32,000 nucleotides of DNA from Erysipelothrix larvae (GTDB taxonomy: Bacteria; Bacillota_I; Bacilli_A; Erysipelotrichales; Erysipelotrichaceae). The first letter of the stretch is position 1, and each line of letters starts with the position of its first letter. The stretch lies in assembly GCF_001545095.1 (NCBI RefSeq), contig NZ_CP013213.1, positions 720,001-752,000 of the forward strand, in the 5' to 3' direction. The position numbers and the translations under genes were made by a program. Positions 16,604-31,272 of this stretch are shown here, piece after piece. The notes under the pieces were generated by a model. It was not told the DNA's origin and searched no databases. It saw only the letters and a list, made by a program, of their open reading frames with translations.

Positions 16604-18676
16604 ATGTCACGTGAATTTTCTTTGAATATGATGCGTAATATTGGTATCATGGCGCACATTGATGCTGGAAAAACAACAACGACAGAGCGTATCTTGTATT
16701 ATACGGGACGTACACATAAGATTGGAGAAACTCACGACGGTGCTGCTACCATGGACTGGATGGCACAAGAGCAAGAACGTGGGATTACAATCACTTCAGC
16801 TGCTACAACAGCTGCATGGAATGACCACCGAATTAATATCATTGATACTCCGGGTCACGTTGACTTTACAGTTGAGGTTGAACGCTCACTTCGTGTACTA
16901 GATGGCGCAGTTGCTGTTCTAGATGCGAAATCAGGTGTTGAACCACAAACAGAAACAGTTTGGAGACAAGCTACAAAATACGGAGTTCCTCGTATCGTAT
17001 TCGTTAATAAAATGGATGCTACAGGAGCTGACTTCTTTATGTCAGCTGAATCAATCCGTACACGTCTTGGTGCTAAATCCGCACCAATTCAACTTCCAAT
17101 TGGTGTTGAAGATCACTTCGATGGTCTTATTGACATCATTGAGGAAAAAGCACATCTATTTACTGATGTGACACAAAAATCAGATGATATCGTAGATATT
17201 CCTGCTGAATACTTGGATCAAGTAGCTGAAGCACGTGAATTACTCTTCGACTTCATCGCAGAATATGATGAAGATTTCATGATGAAAATCCTTGAAGGAG
17301 AAACACCTTCTATTGAAGAAGTTAAAGCGACATTACGTAAAGCCGTAATTAGCGGTGATTTCTTCCCAGTGCTTTGTGGAGCAGCTTACAAGAATAAAGG
17401 AGTTATCGCAATGCTTGATGCAGTTGTTGATTACCTTCCTTCACCTCTTGATATTCCTGCAATCCAAGGAACACTACTCGATGGTGAAACACCGGCAGAA
17501 CGTCATGCAAATGATGATGAGCCATTCTCAGCACTAGCATTTAAGGTAATGACTGACCCATTTGTGGGACGTCTAACTTACTTCCGTGTATATTCAGGAT
17601 TTATCGGTTCAGGTTCCGCTGTGTATAACTCAGTGAAACAAAAACGCGAACGTATGGGACGTATCATGCAAATGCATGCGAACCACCGTCAAGAAATCGA
17701 CACAGTTTACGCTGGTGAAATTGCAGCTGCAGTTGGTCTTAAGGAAACATCAACAGGTGATACATTGTGTGAAGAAAAGAACGCAATTATCCTTGAATCA
17801 ATGGTATTCCCTGAACCAGTTATCAACGTTGCAATCGAACCTAAATCAAAAGGTGACCAAGATAAGATGGCAATTGCGCTTTCTAAACTTGCTGAAGAAG
17901 ATCCTACGTTCAAGACTTATACAGACGAAGAAACAGGACAAACTATCATTGCAGGTATGGGTGAGTTGCACTTAGACATCCTTGTTGACCGTATGAAGCG
18001 TGAATTCAAGGTTGAAGCAAACGTTGGTGCTCCACAAGTAGCATACCGTGAAACAATCCGCAAAGCAGCTGATTGTGAAGGTAAGTTTATCCGCCAATCT
18101 GGTGGACGTGGACAATATGGTCACGTTTGGATCAAGTTTGAACCAAATCCAGGTAAAGGATTCGAATTTATCGATGCAGTTGTTGGGGGAACCGTTCCTC
18201 GTGAATATGTTAAACCAACAGGTGAAGGTGTTAAAGCCGCATTAGATAACGGTCTATTGGCTGGATATCCAGCAATCGATATTAAAGCTACATTATTTGA
18301 TGGATCATCTCACGATGTCGATTCAAGTGAAATGGCATATAAGGTTGCTGCAAGTATTGCGTTTAAAGAAGCTGCGAAGAAATGTGATCCAGTAATCCTT
18401 GAACCAATCATGCTTGTTGAAGTTACTGCTCCAGAAGAGTACTTAGGTGCTGTTATGGGAGATATCTCTTCACGTCGTGGACAAATCCGTGATCAAGAAG
18501 AGCGTGGAAATGCAATTTCTGTTAAAGCATTCGTACCACTTTCAGAAATGTCAGGGTACACTACAGACCTTCGTTCATTCACACAAGGTCGTGGACAATC
18601 ATCAATGCAATTTGATCACTACGATGAAGTGCCTAAGAGCATTGCTGAAACAATTCAAAAACGTAAACGCAATTAA
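16604..18676 (+). CDS. fusA: elongation factor G
   Basis: 690 aa with [15 protein letters not shown]1, DTPGHVDF G3 and NKMD G4 motifs. Confidence 0.97.
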   Translation: MSREFSLNMMRNIGIMAHIDAGKTTTTERILYYTGRTHKIGETHDGAATMDWMAQEQERGITITSAATTAAWNDHRINIIDTPGHVDFTVEVERSLRVLDGAVAVLDAKSGVEPQTETVWRQATKYGVPRIVFVNKMDATGADFFMSAESIRTRLGAKSAPIQLPIGVEDHFDGLIDIIEEKAHLFTDVTQKSDDIVDIPAEYLDQVAEARELLFDFIAEYDEDFMMKILEGETPSIEEVKATLRKAVISGDFFPVLCGAAYKNKGVIAMLDAVVDYLPSPLDIPAIQGTLLDGETPAERHANDDEPFSALAFKVMTDPFVGRLTYFRVYSGFIGSGSAVYNSVKQKRERMGRIMQMHANHRQEIDTVYAGEIAAAVGLKETSTGDTLCEEKNAIILESMVFPEPVINVAIEPKSKGDQDKMAIALSKLAEEDPTFKTYTDEETGQTIIAGMGELHLDILVDRMKREFKVEANVGAPQVAYRETIRKAADCEGKFIRQSGGRGQYGHVWIKFEPNPGKGFEFIDAVVGGTVPREYVKPTGEGVKAALDNGLLAGYPAIDIKATLFDGSSHDVDSSEMAYKVAASIAFKEAAKKCDPVILEPIMLVEVTAPEEYLGAVMGDISSRRGQIRDQEERGNAISVKAFVPLSEMSGYTTDLRSFTQGRGQSSMQFDHYDEVPKSIAETIQKRKRN

Positions 18677-18689
18677 TTAAGTCTTTAAA

Positions 18690-18718
18690 TTGACTGTTGA
18701 TTTTAATTGTAGTTTAAT
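18690..18718 (+). promoter_or_regulatory. candidate internal promoter for tuf
   Basis: TTGACT (18690-18695), 17-nt spacer, TTTAAT (18713-18718), in the fusA-tuf spacer. Confidence 0.4.
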
Positions 18719-18765
18719 CTAAAATAGATATTGAATAAAATTCAATTTAGGAGGACATACATTTT

Positions 18766-19950
18766 ATGGCTAAAGTAAAATTTGACCGTTCCAAACCACA
18801 CGTTAACATTGGTACATTGGGACACGTTGACCACGGGAAAACAACTCTAACTGCTGCAATTACTTCTGTATTAGCTAAAGCAGGTGGTGCTGAAAAATTT
18901 GCATATGATCAAATCGATAAAGCTCCAGAAGAAAAAGAACGTGGAATCACAATCAGTACTTCACACGTTGAGTACGAAACAGAAAAACGTCACTACGCAC
19001 ACGTTGACTGCCCAGGGCACGCTGACTACGTTAAAAACATGATCACAGGTGCTGCACAAATGGACGGTGCTATCTTAGTAGTTGCTGCTACAGATGGTCC
19101 TATGCCTCAAACACGTGAGCACATCTTGCTTGCGCGTCAATTAGGTGTTCCATACTTCGTAGTATTCTTGAACAAATGCGATATGGTTGATGATGAAGAA
19201 TTAATCGACTTAGTAGAAATGGAAATCCGCGAACTATTGACTGACAATGGTTATGACGGAGATTCAGCTCCAGTAATCCGCGGTTCAGCGCTTAAAGCTC
19301 TTGAAGGCGATGCTGCATGGGAAGAAAAAATTACTGAATTAATGGCTGCTGTTGATGAGTTTGTTCCTGAACCAGCTCGTGAAACTGACAAACCATTCTT
19401 AATGTCAGTAGAAGACGTATTCACAATCTCAGGTCGTGGTACAGTTGCTACTGGACGTGTTGAACGTGGAGAATTGAAACTTAACGAAGAAGTTGAAGTT
19501 ATCGGTATCCGCCCAACTCGTAAAACTGTTGTTACAGGAATCGAAATGTTCCACAAGATGTTAGACTCAGCTATGGCTGGTGATAACGTTGGTGCGCTTC
19601 TACGTGGTGTAAACCGTGAAGAAATCGAACGTGGACAAGTTCTTGCTAAACCAGGATCAGTGACACCTCATACTAACTTCCGTGCTCAAGTGTATATCTT
19701 GACTAAAGAAGAAGGTGGACGTCATACTCCTTTCGTTGAGAACTACCGTCCTCAATTCTACTTCCGTACAACTGACGTTACAGGAACTATTAAACTACCT
19801 GAAGGTGTTGAAATGGTTATGCCTGGTGACAACGTTGAAATGGTTGTTGAATTAGGAGCTCCAATTGCTGTTGAACAAGGTACAACATTCTCTATCCGTG
19901 AAGGTGGACGTACTGTTGGTGCTGGTAACGTAACAGAAATTATTAAGTAA
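18766..19950 (+). CDS. tuf: elongation factor Tu
   Basis: 394 aa with [17 protein letters not shown] and NKCD motifs. RBS AGGAGG. Confidence 0.97.
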   Translation: MAKVKFDRSKPHVNIGTLGHVDHGKTTLTAAITSVLAKAGGAEKFAYDQIDKAPEEKERGITISTSHVEYETEKRHYAHVDCPGHADYVKNMITGAAQMDGAILVVAATDGPMPQTREHILLARQLGVPYFVVFLNKCDMVDDEELIDLVEMEIRELLTDNGYDGDSAPVIRGSALKALEGDAAWEEKITELMAAVDEFVPEPARETDKPFLMSVEDVFTISGRGTVATGRVERGELKLNEEVEVIGIRPTRKTVVTGIEMFHKMLDSAMAGDNVGALLRGVNREEIERGQVLAKPGSVTPHTNFRAQVYILTKEEGGRHTPFVENYRPQFYFRTTDVTGTIKLPEGVEMVMPGDNVEMVVELGAPIAVEQGTTFSIREGGRTVGAGNVTEIIK

Positions 19951-19960
19951 TTTAAATTAA

Positions 19961-19992
19961 GACTGCTGATCGATTGATTGGCAGTTTTTTTG
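19961..19992 (+). terminator. weak terminator after tuf
   Basis: GACTGC / GCAGTT stem with a 14-nt loop, followed by TTTTTTT. Confidence 0.4.
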
Positions 19993-20089
19993 ATTCTAAT
20001 CACACTCCCTTAGTACGCATGATAAATTAAGTGATAAATCAACTTAAATTAGATATGCTTATTATATGAGAAAAAGGGGAGGGCATCAT

Positions 20090-21319
20090 ATGCTAACACG
20101 AATGAGCAGAACAAAAATAATCGGGATTATCGTGACCGTGTGTCTTGTGGTTGTGGGTACTAGCTACTTGGTCATGAATCAAATTGAAAATCAAAAGCTA
20201 CAAAGAATCCAAGAAACTTTAGAACAAGAACAACATCGTCTATCAAATGTTTCGCTAAATGTGGTGAATGATACTTTAGAATATGGGGTGTCTTATCAAT
20301 TGAAAGACTTGATTGATGTTGATGTTGAAGATGATATTAAGGTGTTGTACATCCTGAATAAAGAGTTAATCAAACCTGAATCAGAAGTTTCCTTTTCAAA
20401 AATAGGTGAACAGAACTTAAGTGTGCGATTATCGTTAAATGAATCCAATGCAGAAAAAGAAGTAATCTTTAATGTTATGGATACAGTACATCCCGTAATT
20501 AGTGGTGTAAAAGATCTTGAAGTAACTCAAGGTGAGACAATTGACTATAAACAAGACGTCCATGCAAACGATCGTGTTGATGGTGATTTAGAAGTAGTCT
20601 TCACTGGAGATGTTGATTTAAACAAACCAGGCTCTTATGTCGTTGATGTGAGTGCAGTTGATAAAAACGGAAACGAAGCGAAAGATCAGTTTACTGTAGT
20701 CGTAAAGGAAAAGGAAGTTGTTGAGGTAGCAAATAAAGTGCCTTCGACTGGATCCAATTCAGCAGGTACAAACCGTACAAATCAAAATACAACACCATCT
20801 TCATCACAACGCATAACCCGTTCTTACTTTAGTGAAAAGAGTGGACGGTATGAAGAGAACGTCGCTGCTTTAGAAAAAGCATTGGAAATTATTGGGCAAC
20901 AAGGGTGGTCTACGAATACTGATAAATTTGAAATGGCTAAAACAATCAATGGTTTTGTCTATACTTACATTATCAATGGATATCCTGAAAGATATTGGAC
21001 TGCCTATACCGGATTAGTTGATCGCGGTGGTTCTTGCTGGGCATACGCTCATGCATTATTGTTTTTGACCCAAGAGATGGGAATAGACACTAAAACAGTA
21101 GCGGTCCGATTTGATACGCTTGAAGGTGGAACCTTTGATTTATATGGTCCTAAGTCGGATGAAGTCGTTGGAATGATGGCTCGTGCATCAGATCATATGG
21201 CTGTCCAATATGTATATGGAGGCGTTACCTATATTTTTGAACCTCAAATAGGTGTCGTCTTAACTGAAAAAAATGGTAAAGTTTACCTTATCGATGATTA
21301 TGACGCAAAGTTTGAGTGA
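20090..21319 (+). CDS. membrane-anchored extracellular protein: TM anchor, Ig-like (DUF5011-type) domain(s), Ser/Thr/Asn-rich linker, C-terminal transglutaminase-like cysteine peptidase-type domain
   Basis: Start chosen at ATG 20090 (GGGGAGGG RBS). TM segment IIGIIVTVCLVVVGTSYLV. HPVISGVKDLEVTQGETIDY...VDVSAVDKNGNEAKDQFTVVV resembles DUF5011 Ig-like repeats. GGSCWAYAHALLFLTQEMGI ... DHMAVQY ... FEPQ resembles the Cys/His/acid core of transglutaminase-like proteins. Confidence 0.6.
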   Translation: MLTRMSRTKIIGIIVTVCLVVVGTSYLVMNQIENQKLQRIQETLEQEQHRLSNVSLNVVNDTLEYGVSYQLKDLIDVDVEDDIKVLYILNKELIKPESEVSFSKIGEQNLSVRLSLNESNAEKEVIFNVMDTVHPVISGVKDLEVTQGETIDYKQDVHANDRVDGDLEVVFTGDVDLNKPGSYVVDVSAVDKNGNEAKDQFTVVVKEKEVVEVANKVPSTGSNSAGTNRTNQNTTPSSSQRITRSYFSEKSGRYEENVAALEKALEIIGQQGWSTNTDKFEMAKTINGFVYTYIINGYPERYWTAYTGLVDRGGSCWAYAHALLFLTQEMGIDTKTVAVRFDTLEGGTFDLYGPKSDEVVGMMARASDHMAVQYVYGGVTYIFEPQIGVVLTEKNGKVYLIDDYDAKFE

Positions 21320-21351
21320 GTGACTCATGAGAACTACTCACTTGAATCACT

Positions 21352-21376
21352 AAAAATGACCTCGTGTCATTTTTTT
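21352..21376 (+). terminator. rho-independent terminator
   Basis: AAAAATGAC-CTCGT-GTCATTTTT hairpin with a T-run. Confidence 0.65.
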
Positions 21377-21557
21377 AAGATAATAACACTCTAGGACAAC
21401 CTGTTCAGCTATAAAATATTTAAGAATCTATTGAAAAAATTGTTATGCAAATGCAATAAAATCAATCAATAACAGACTATTGAGTAGCTTTTACTCCATA
21501 CCTTACTTGAATAAAAAATAATTTTATGCATTTTAGGAAAAAATGGTATTTAATTGG

Positions 21558-21586
21558 TTGACTTTTGTAGTGTTTAGGGTTAATAT
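21558..21586 (+). promoter_or_regulatory. candidate rrn promoter
   Basis: TTGACT (21558-21563), 17-nt spacer, TAATAT (21581-21586), preceded by an AT-rich UP-like tract. Confidence 0.5.
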
Positions 21587-21624
21587 ATATAAGCACCGAA
21601 CAAATCGGATGCAGAAGAATTTGG

Positions 21625-21639
21625 TCTTTGAAAACTGAA
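21625..21639 (+). promoter_or_regulatory. boxA-like antitermination element in the rrn leader
   Basis: TCTTTGAAAACTGAA. An identical 15-mer recurs in the 16S-23S spacer at 23356-23370. It resembles the Firmicutes rrn boxA (TTCTTTGAAAACT). Confidence 0.55.
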
Positions 21640-21658
21640 CAAGAAACGTCAATTTCGA
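21638..21658 (+). promoter_or_regulatory. 5' arm of the 16S processing stem
   Basis: AACAAGAAACGTCAATTTCGA is complementary to 23296-23304 (TCGAAATTG) and 23312-23322 (CGTTTCTTGTT), which flank the 16S 3' end. Confidence 0.6.
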
Positions 21659-21732
21659 AATTAGAAATAAAGTAAAAAACAAACTGTCAGAGTTTGTGTT
21701 TATAAAAGATAAACAAAAAAAGAGAAAGAATC

Positions 21733-23277
<1,545 letters not shown>

Positions 23278-23295
23278 AGGAGTATTAGAAAGACG

Positions 23296-23322
23296 TCGAA
23301 ATTGGTACACACGTTTCTTGTT
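23296..23322 (+). promoter_or_regulatory. 3' arm of the 16S processing stem
   Basis: Complementary to 21638-21658, with a 7-nt bulge (GTACACA). Confidence 0.6.
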
Positions 23323-23355
23323 TAGTTTTGAGAGATCGAAGCGATCATCTCAGGA

Positions 23356-23370
23356 TCTTTGAAAACTGAA
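23356..23370 (+). promoter_or_regulatory. second boxA-like element (16S-23S spacer)
   Basis: Exact repeat of 21625-21639. Confidence 0.55.
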
Positions 23371-23545
23371 TAATAGAAGAGATTCAGATAGGTAAAAAAA
23401 TGGATCTTTTTGGATAGTTGAAAAACTAAGAACACAAAGTCAAAGTTAAAAAGCAATTTAACAGTAACTTAAGCAAACAAACAAAGCGAACACATAAAAA
23501 AAACAAAGCGCAATCCAGTCTTATGCAGGCTGAGGTTGTAATGAC

Positions 23546-26454
<2,909 letters not shown>

Positions 26455-26550
26455 AAACGTCTTATAAACAACAACACATCCGAAAGGATACAACGTCAAC
26501 TTATCAATCGACTTTCTATTATTTAGTTTTGAGAGATTCTCTCAATTTGA

Positions 26551-26663
<113 letters not shown>

Positions 26664-26670
26664 TAATCAA

Positions 26671-26699
26671 GGACCTTCACTTTGAGGGTTCTTTTTTTT
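26671..26699 (+). terminator. rrn operon terminator
   Basis: GGACCTTC (26671-26678) / GAGGGTTC (26684-26691) with two G-U pairs, followed by T8. Confidence 0.6.
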
Positions 26700-26711
26700 A
26701 TAGTTATCCGT

Positions 26712-26740
26712 TTGTTTAGTCTGTGAAGCTATGATATAAT
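26712..26740 (+). promoter_or_regulatory. candidate promoter of the tsaE operon
   Basis: TTGTTT (26712-26717), 17-nt spacer, TGaTATAAT (TATAAT 26735-26740). Confidence 0.45.
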
Positions 26741-26760
26741 TTGGTACATGGAGATTGAAT

Positions 26761-27177
26761 ATGAAAGAATATATAACACATAATTTACAAGAGACAATTG
26801 AATTAGGAAAGGCATTTTCTTCAAGATTACATACAGGATGTGTCATAGCCTTAACGGGTGAGTTGGGTGTTGGGAAAACGGCCTTTACCAAAGGTATTGC
26901 TTTAGGATTGGATATTGAAGATACAATTTCAAGTCCGACATTTACACTTTTAAAAGAATATGAAGGACGATTAGACCTCAAGCATATCGATGCTTATCGA
27001 CTTGAGAATGTTAATGCAGACAGTTTAGCCCTTTATGATCTCATGGATGACAATGCTGTTGTTGTGATTGAATGGAGCAATTTTATATCGGATGATATTG
27101 ACTATGATTTTTTCGTATCGATTGAAGAAGTCGATGAAATAACGCGAAAGATTACATTAGAAGGGCGGAAATTATGA
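26761..27177 (+). CDS. tsaE: tRNA t6A37 biosynthesis ATPase TsaE
   Basis: P-loop GELGVGKTAFTKG and SPTFTL motif. ATG 26761 lies 6 nt after GGAGA; the track's TTG 26755 abuts the RBS. Confidence 0.88.
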   Translation: MKEYITHNLQETIELGKAFSSRLHTGCVIALTGELGVGKTAFTKGIALGLDIEDTISSPTFTLLKEYEGRLDLKHIDAYRLENVNADSLALYDLMDDNAVVVIEWSNFISDDIDYDFFVSIEEVDEITRKITLEGRKL

Positions 27178-27734
27178 TTACATTAATGATTGATACATCA
27201 CATTCTATCTGTGCGGTTGGTATTGCAAAAGAGGGTGTGTTGATTGATTCAATTCAAGAGGTACTTAAAAAGAAACATTCTGAGCGTCTTGTGTGTGCAA
27301 TTGATGAGCTGTTGAAGCGTAATAATGTTGATAAAGCATCAATTTCTGAAGTGTGTGTCACGGATGGACCGGGTAGTTATACCGGGATGCGTATTGGGTT
27401 AACATTTGCGAAGGTTCTTGCATTAACACTCAATGTTAATCTGTATACAGTCGATACATTGGCATCACTGGTAGGAAAAAAGGATGGCTTTGCTTTTATT
27501 GATGCACGATCTAAACGCGTATTTGGTGCGTATATTCATGCGGGTGTTGTTGATCAAGAACGAATCTATATGGTGGATGAGCTTCAAACCATTGCAGGTC
27601 CATTTTATGGCGACACACATTTACTTGAACAAGAAACACAGTATCTCAATATTTGTGAGAATATGCTTGAGTTAAGGGATACTTGGGCGTTGATATCCAA
27701 TCCCGATGTATTAGTCCCACGGTATTTATCATGA
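27174..27734 (+). CDS. tsaB: tRNA t6A37 biosynthesis protein TsaB
   Basis: Short (186 aa) ASKHA-fold TsaB pattern (IDTSHS..., GPGSYTGMRIG). ATGA overlap with tsaE. Confidence 0.85.
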   Translation: MITLMIDTSHSICAVGIAKEGVLIDSIQEVLKKKHSERLVCAIDELLKRNNVDKASISEVCVTDGPGSYTGMRIGLTFAKVLALTLNVNLYTVDTLASLVGKKDGFAFIDARSKRVFGAYIHAGVVDQERIYMVDELQTIAGPFYGDTHLLEQETQYLNICENMLELRDTWALISNPDVLVPRYLS

Positions 27735-28168
27735 TTCGAGAAATGACTATTTCTGATTTGGAAGGGATTCAAATCCTTCAGGATGAAGAACTTAAATCAA
27801 ATTGGAGTGAGACACTTTACAAACAAGAATTGTTGGATTTTAATACCATCGCATTTGTGTTAATTCTTGATGATCAACTTGTCGGTTTTGTTTTAGGAAA
27901 GATGCTTGTAGACAGTTCTGATCTTTATCAAATTGTGATATCTAAAAATGCTCAAGGAAAAGGATTAGGTACTCTGCTTTTACAAGCCTATTGGGATGAG
28001 GTTATCAAGCGTGGTGGGAATGCATCAATTCTTGAAGTCAATTCAAAGCACAAAGAAGTAATCGCATTTTATACGAAGTTTGGGTTTAAACAACTCTATA
28101 TTCGTAGACACTATTACGGGCGTAATAGGGATGCAATCATTATGAAAAAAGAAGGTGACGTATGTTAA
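27731..28168 (+). CDS. rimI: GNAT acetyltransferase, ribosomal-protein-alanine N-acetyltransferase-like
   Basis: GNAT motif A (QGKGLGTLLL). Conserved position between tsaB and tsaD. Start at ATG 27731 (ATGA overlap with the tsaB stop). Confidence 0.8.
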   Translation: MIREMTISDLEGIQILQDEELKSNWSETLYKQELLDFNTIAFVLILDDQLVGFVLGKMLVDSSDLYQIVISKNAQGKGLGTLLLQAYWDEVIKRGGNASILEVNSKHKEVIAFYTKFGFKQLYIRRHYYGRNRDAIIMKKEGDVC

Positions 28169-29154
28169 TTTTAGCTATAGAATCAAGTTGTGATGAGACA
28201 TCCGTTGCGATTGTTGAAGATGAAAATGTACTCAGCAATATTGTCGCAACGCAAATCGATGTTCACAAAGAGTTTGGTGGTGTATTTCCAGAAGTCGCAT
28301 CACGCTTACACATCGAAAACATTAATTTTGTCATTAAGGAAGCACTTGTTAAATCAGAGAAGACCTTTGCTGATTTAGATGCAATTGCTGTCACTCAAGG
28401 CCCTGGATTAATTGGGTCTCTTCATGTGGGGATGATGGCAGCAAAAACACTTGCGTGGTCCCTTGATTTACCACTGATTCCTGTGCATCATATCGCAGGG
28501 CATATCTATGCCAACAAATTAGTGGGTTCTTTTGAGTACCCTTTGATGGCGCTGGTTGTATCGGGAGGCCATACTGAACTTGTCATGATGTATAATGATT
28601 ATGAGTTTGAAGTGATTGGTAAAACTCAAGATGATGCAGTGGGTGAGGCATATGATAAAGTTGCGCGTCAATTAGGACTGGGTTATCCAGGGGGCCCAAT
28701 TATTGATAAGCTTGCAAAACAAGGCCAACCACACTATACGTTACCCAATGTAAAGACAGAGAATCCTATAGATTTCTCATTTTCAGGATTAAAGTCTGCG
28801 GTTCGTCAGCTTATGTTAAGAGAAGCCCGTGAAGGACGTGAGCTTAACGTAAATGATGTTGCCTATGCTTTTCAACACAAGGCTGTAGAAACACTCATGA
28901 AACGAGTTAAGCATGCACTGAGCACTTATGATGTGAAGACGTTTGTCTTGGCTGGGGGTGTTGCAGCCAATGCCCATCTTCGTGAGAATGTAGAAGCACT
29001 TAAACAACAGGTTGGGGATATTAATATCTTAGTTCCCCCTCTTTGGGCGTGCATGGATCAAGCGGCTATGATTGGCATTGCAGCCTTTGATGCAGCGCGA
29101 TTAAGACCCGCAGGAAGTTGTGATATTTCGTCATTTTCTAACATGACTTTGTGA
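28162..29154 (+). CDS. tsaD: tRNA N6-adenosine threonylcarbamoyltransferase TsaD
   Basis: ILAIESSCDETS, VHHIAGH (metal site) and SGGHT motifs. 330 aa. Confidence 0.95.
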   Translation: MLILAIESSCDETSVAIVEDENVLSNIVATQIDVHKEFGGVFPEVASRLHIENINFVIKEALVKSEKTFADLDAIAVTQGPGLIGSLHVGMMAAKTLAWSLDLPLIPVHHIAGHIYANKLVGSFEYPLMALVVSGGHTELVMMYNDYEFEVIGKTQDDAVGEAYDKVARQLGLGYPGGPIIDKLAKQGQPHYTLPNVKTENPIDFSFSGLKSAVRQLMLREAREGRELNVNDVAYAFQHKAVETLMKRVKHALSTYDVKTFVLAGGVAANAHLRENVEALKQQVGDINILVPPLWACMDQAAMIGIAAFDAARLRPAGSCDISSFSNMTL

Positions 29155-29223
29155 TTTTTTTCTATTTATCACATTTAAACCACTATAAGTTTGTGATATG
29201 ATTACCATATGGTGGTGATGACA

Positions 29224-29853
29224 ATGAATAGTAATAATAGATATGATGTTCCAAAAGCAACAATGCAACGATATCCAGTATATCTCAAAGCATTACGAAA
29301 ATTACAAAGTATGGGCGTTGAAAGAATTCTTTCAAGAGAACTATCTTTATTTGTGGACATCGAATCTACAACAATCCGACGTGATTTTTCATTTATTGGA
29401 TCACTTGGAAAACAAGGATATGGGTACGATGTAGAAACCCTTATTAATACATTCGATGAGTTACTGGGTGTCAGTTTTGATGAAAAAATTGTCCTAGTAG
29501 GAGCCGGTAACCTTGGCCGTGCAATTTTGAATTATAACCGTTGGAATCATGTTGTGGGAGAAATAGTGTGTGCATTTGATGTTGATCCAAATAAGCTTGG
29601 GGAAGTATCAGACATTCCAATTTATCACATGAGTGAGTTAGCATTACGCATGCCAGAGGGCTGTCGTATTGCCATTCTTACTGTTTCAAAAAATGTTCAA
29701 GAAACCGTTGATAAACTGGTTGAACATGGTGTTGTGGGGATTGTTGACTTTTCAAGTGAACACATTCAAGTACCAAAACATGTAATCGTAAAAACAGTAG
29801 ATGTGGTGTCTACTATTCAGGAATTAATTTTCCAAACCAATAGTTTTAGGTAA
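29224..29853 (+). CDS. rex: redox-sensing transcriptional repressor Rex
   Basis: [15 protein letters not shown] winged-helix N-terminus and GAGNLGRA Rossmann motif. Start chosen at ATG 29224, downstream of GGTGGTGA. Confidence 0.85.
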   Translation: MNSNNRYDVPKATMQRYPVYLKALRKLQSMGVERILSRELSLFVDIESTTIRRDFSFIGSLGKQGYGYDVETLINTFDELLGVSFDEKIVLVGAGNLGRAILNYNRWNHVVGEIVCAFDVDPNKLGEVSDIPIYHMSELALRMPEGCRIAILTVSKNVQETVDKLVEHGVVGIVDFSSEHIQVPKHVIVKTVDVVSTIQELIFQTNSFR

Positions 29854-29873
29854 TCGTAAAAAAGGAGAGAGCT

Positions 29874-31256
29874 ATGATTTCGTATATGACTGTACGTGAG
29901 TGCTATGACTTAATTTCATATGGCACAGACGTTGAAATAGATTCAATAGAATATGTTCAATTACAAGGATGGATCCGTACCAATCGTAAAGGTAAGAATG
30001 TTGGGTTCATCGAGTTGAATGATGGAACATACTTCAGAAATGCTCAGTGCGTATATGAATCATCACTTGAAGATGCTGATACAATAGCGAAGTATAACAC
30101 AGGAACAGCTGTGACCATTACTGGGAAGTTCGTATTGACACCAGAAGGAAAACAACCTTTTGAGGTTGTACTGACTGAAGTCGTATTGGAAGGATCATGC
30201 AGTCCTGAATACCCACTTCAGAAGAAACGTCACTCATATGAGTATTTACGCGAGATTGCACATTTGCGTCCACGTACTAACTCATTTTTAGCGGTGTTTA
30301 GAGTTCGTTCAGTATTGTCTATGGCAATCCACGAGTTCTTCCAAAACCAAGGATTTGTCTATGTACACACACCAATCATTACAGGTAATGATGCAGAAGG
30401 TGCTGGGGAATCATTTACAGTTACAACGCGTAGCGATGATAAGTATGACAAAGACTTCTTTGGAAAACATGCGAATTTAACCGTATCAGGACAACTTCAT
30501 GGTGAGGCGTTTGCACTTGCATTTAGAGATATATATACATTTGGACCAACCTTCAGAGCTGAAAACTCAAATACTCGGACACATGCCAGTGAATTCTGGA
30601 TGATTGAACCAGAAATCGCGTTTGCAGATCTTGAAGATACGATGGTCTTAATTGAAGACATGGTTAAATATTGCATTGAATATGTATTAGAAAACGCACC
30701 AGAAGAAATGAAATTCTTCAATGAGCGTATTGATACATCACTCATGGAACGGCTTCAATCACTTTTAGTGTCAGACTTCAAACGGATGACGTATACAGAA
30801 GCCATTGAAATTCTTGAAGCAGTCAATGATCGCTTTGAAACTCAAGTTTCATGGGGTTCTGATTTACAAACTGAACATGAACGTTATTTATGTGAAACCG
30901 TTGTTAAGGGTCCAGTATTCTTAACAGATTATCCAGAAAATATCAAAGCATTTTATATGCGAGTAAATGAAGGCGGCAAAACAGTTGCTGCATGTGACCT
31001 TTTAGTCCCAGAAGTTGGCGAACTTGTTGGTGGGTCACAACGTGAAGAACGCTTGGACGTTTTAGAGGCTCGTATGGAGTCGATGGGCGTACACAAGGAA
31101 TCTCTTGAATGGTATTTAGATTTACGTCGCTACGGCGGTGTAAAGCATGCAGGATTCGGGATTGGGTTTGAGCGTTTCTTAATGTACATTACTGCAATGG
31201 CAAATATTCGTGATGTTGTGCCATTTGCACGTACACCTAAAAACTTAGACTATTAA
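29874..31256 (+). CDS. asnS: asparagine--tRNA ligase
   Basis: Class IIb aaRS with OB-fold N-terminus, motif 2 ([21 protein letters not shown]) and motif 3 ([11 protein letters not shown]). RBS AGGAGAG. Confidence 0.95.
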   Translation: MISYMTVRECYDLISYGTDVEIDSIEYVQLQGWIRTNRKGKNVGFIELNDGTYFRNAQCVYESSLEDADTIAKYNTGTAVTITGKFVLTPEGKQPFEVVLTEVVLEGSCSPEYPLQKKRHSYEYLREIAHLRPRTNSFLAVFRVRSVLSMAIHEFFQNQGFVYVHTPIITGNDAEGAGESFTVTTRSDDKYDKDFFGKHANLTVSGQLHGEAFALAFRDIYTFGPTFRAENSNTRTHASEFWMIEPEIAFADLEDTMVLIEDMVKYCIEYVLENAPEEMKFFNERIDTSLMERLQSLLVSDFKRMTYTEAIEILEAVNDRFETQVSWGSDLQTEHERYLCETVVKGPVFLTDYPENIKAFYMRVNEGGKTVAACDLLVPEVGELVGGSQREERLDVLEARMESMGVHKESLEWYLDLRRYGGVKHAGFGIGFERFLMYITAMANIRDVVPFARTPKNLDY

Positions 31257-31272
31257 CATAAGGAGTTGAGGA

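Noticed and set aside
18730-18746. 7-3-7 palindrome ATTGAAT-AAA-ATTCAAT just upstream of the tuf RBS
   Set aside because: The stem is entirely A/U plus one G-C pair, so it is of marginal stability. Such dyads are common in AT-rich spacers, and there is no basis for assigning a function.
16641-20003. Multiple alternative-frame and antisense ORFs within fusA and tuf
   Set aside because: They are embedded in strongly conserved EF-G/EF-Tu coding sequence and show the repetitive Leu/Gln/Ser-rich composition typical of off-frame translation. There are no independent start signals.
23278-23545. Looked for tRNA-Ile/tRNA-Ala genes in the 16S-23S spacer
   Set aside because: No cloverleaf-forming segment, T-loop (GTTCGA/TTCGA) or CCA-bearing candidate is present. 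The spacer contains only boxA-like and processing-stem elements.
26667-26981. 104-aa minus-strand ORF antisense to tsaE
   Set aside because: It overlaps the rrn terminator, the tsaE promoter and the tsaE P-loop region on the opposite strand. tsaE is the real gene.
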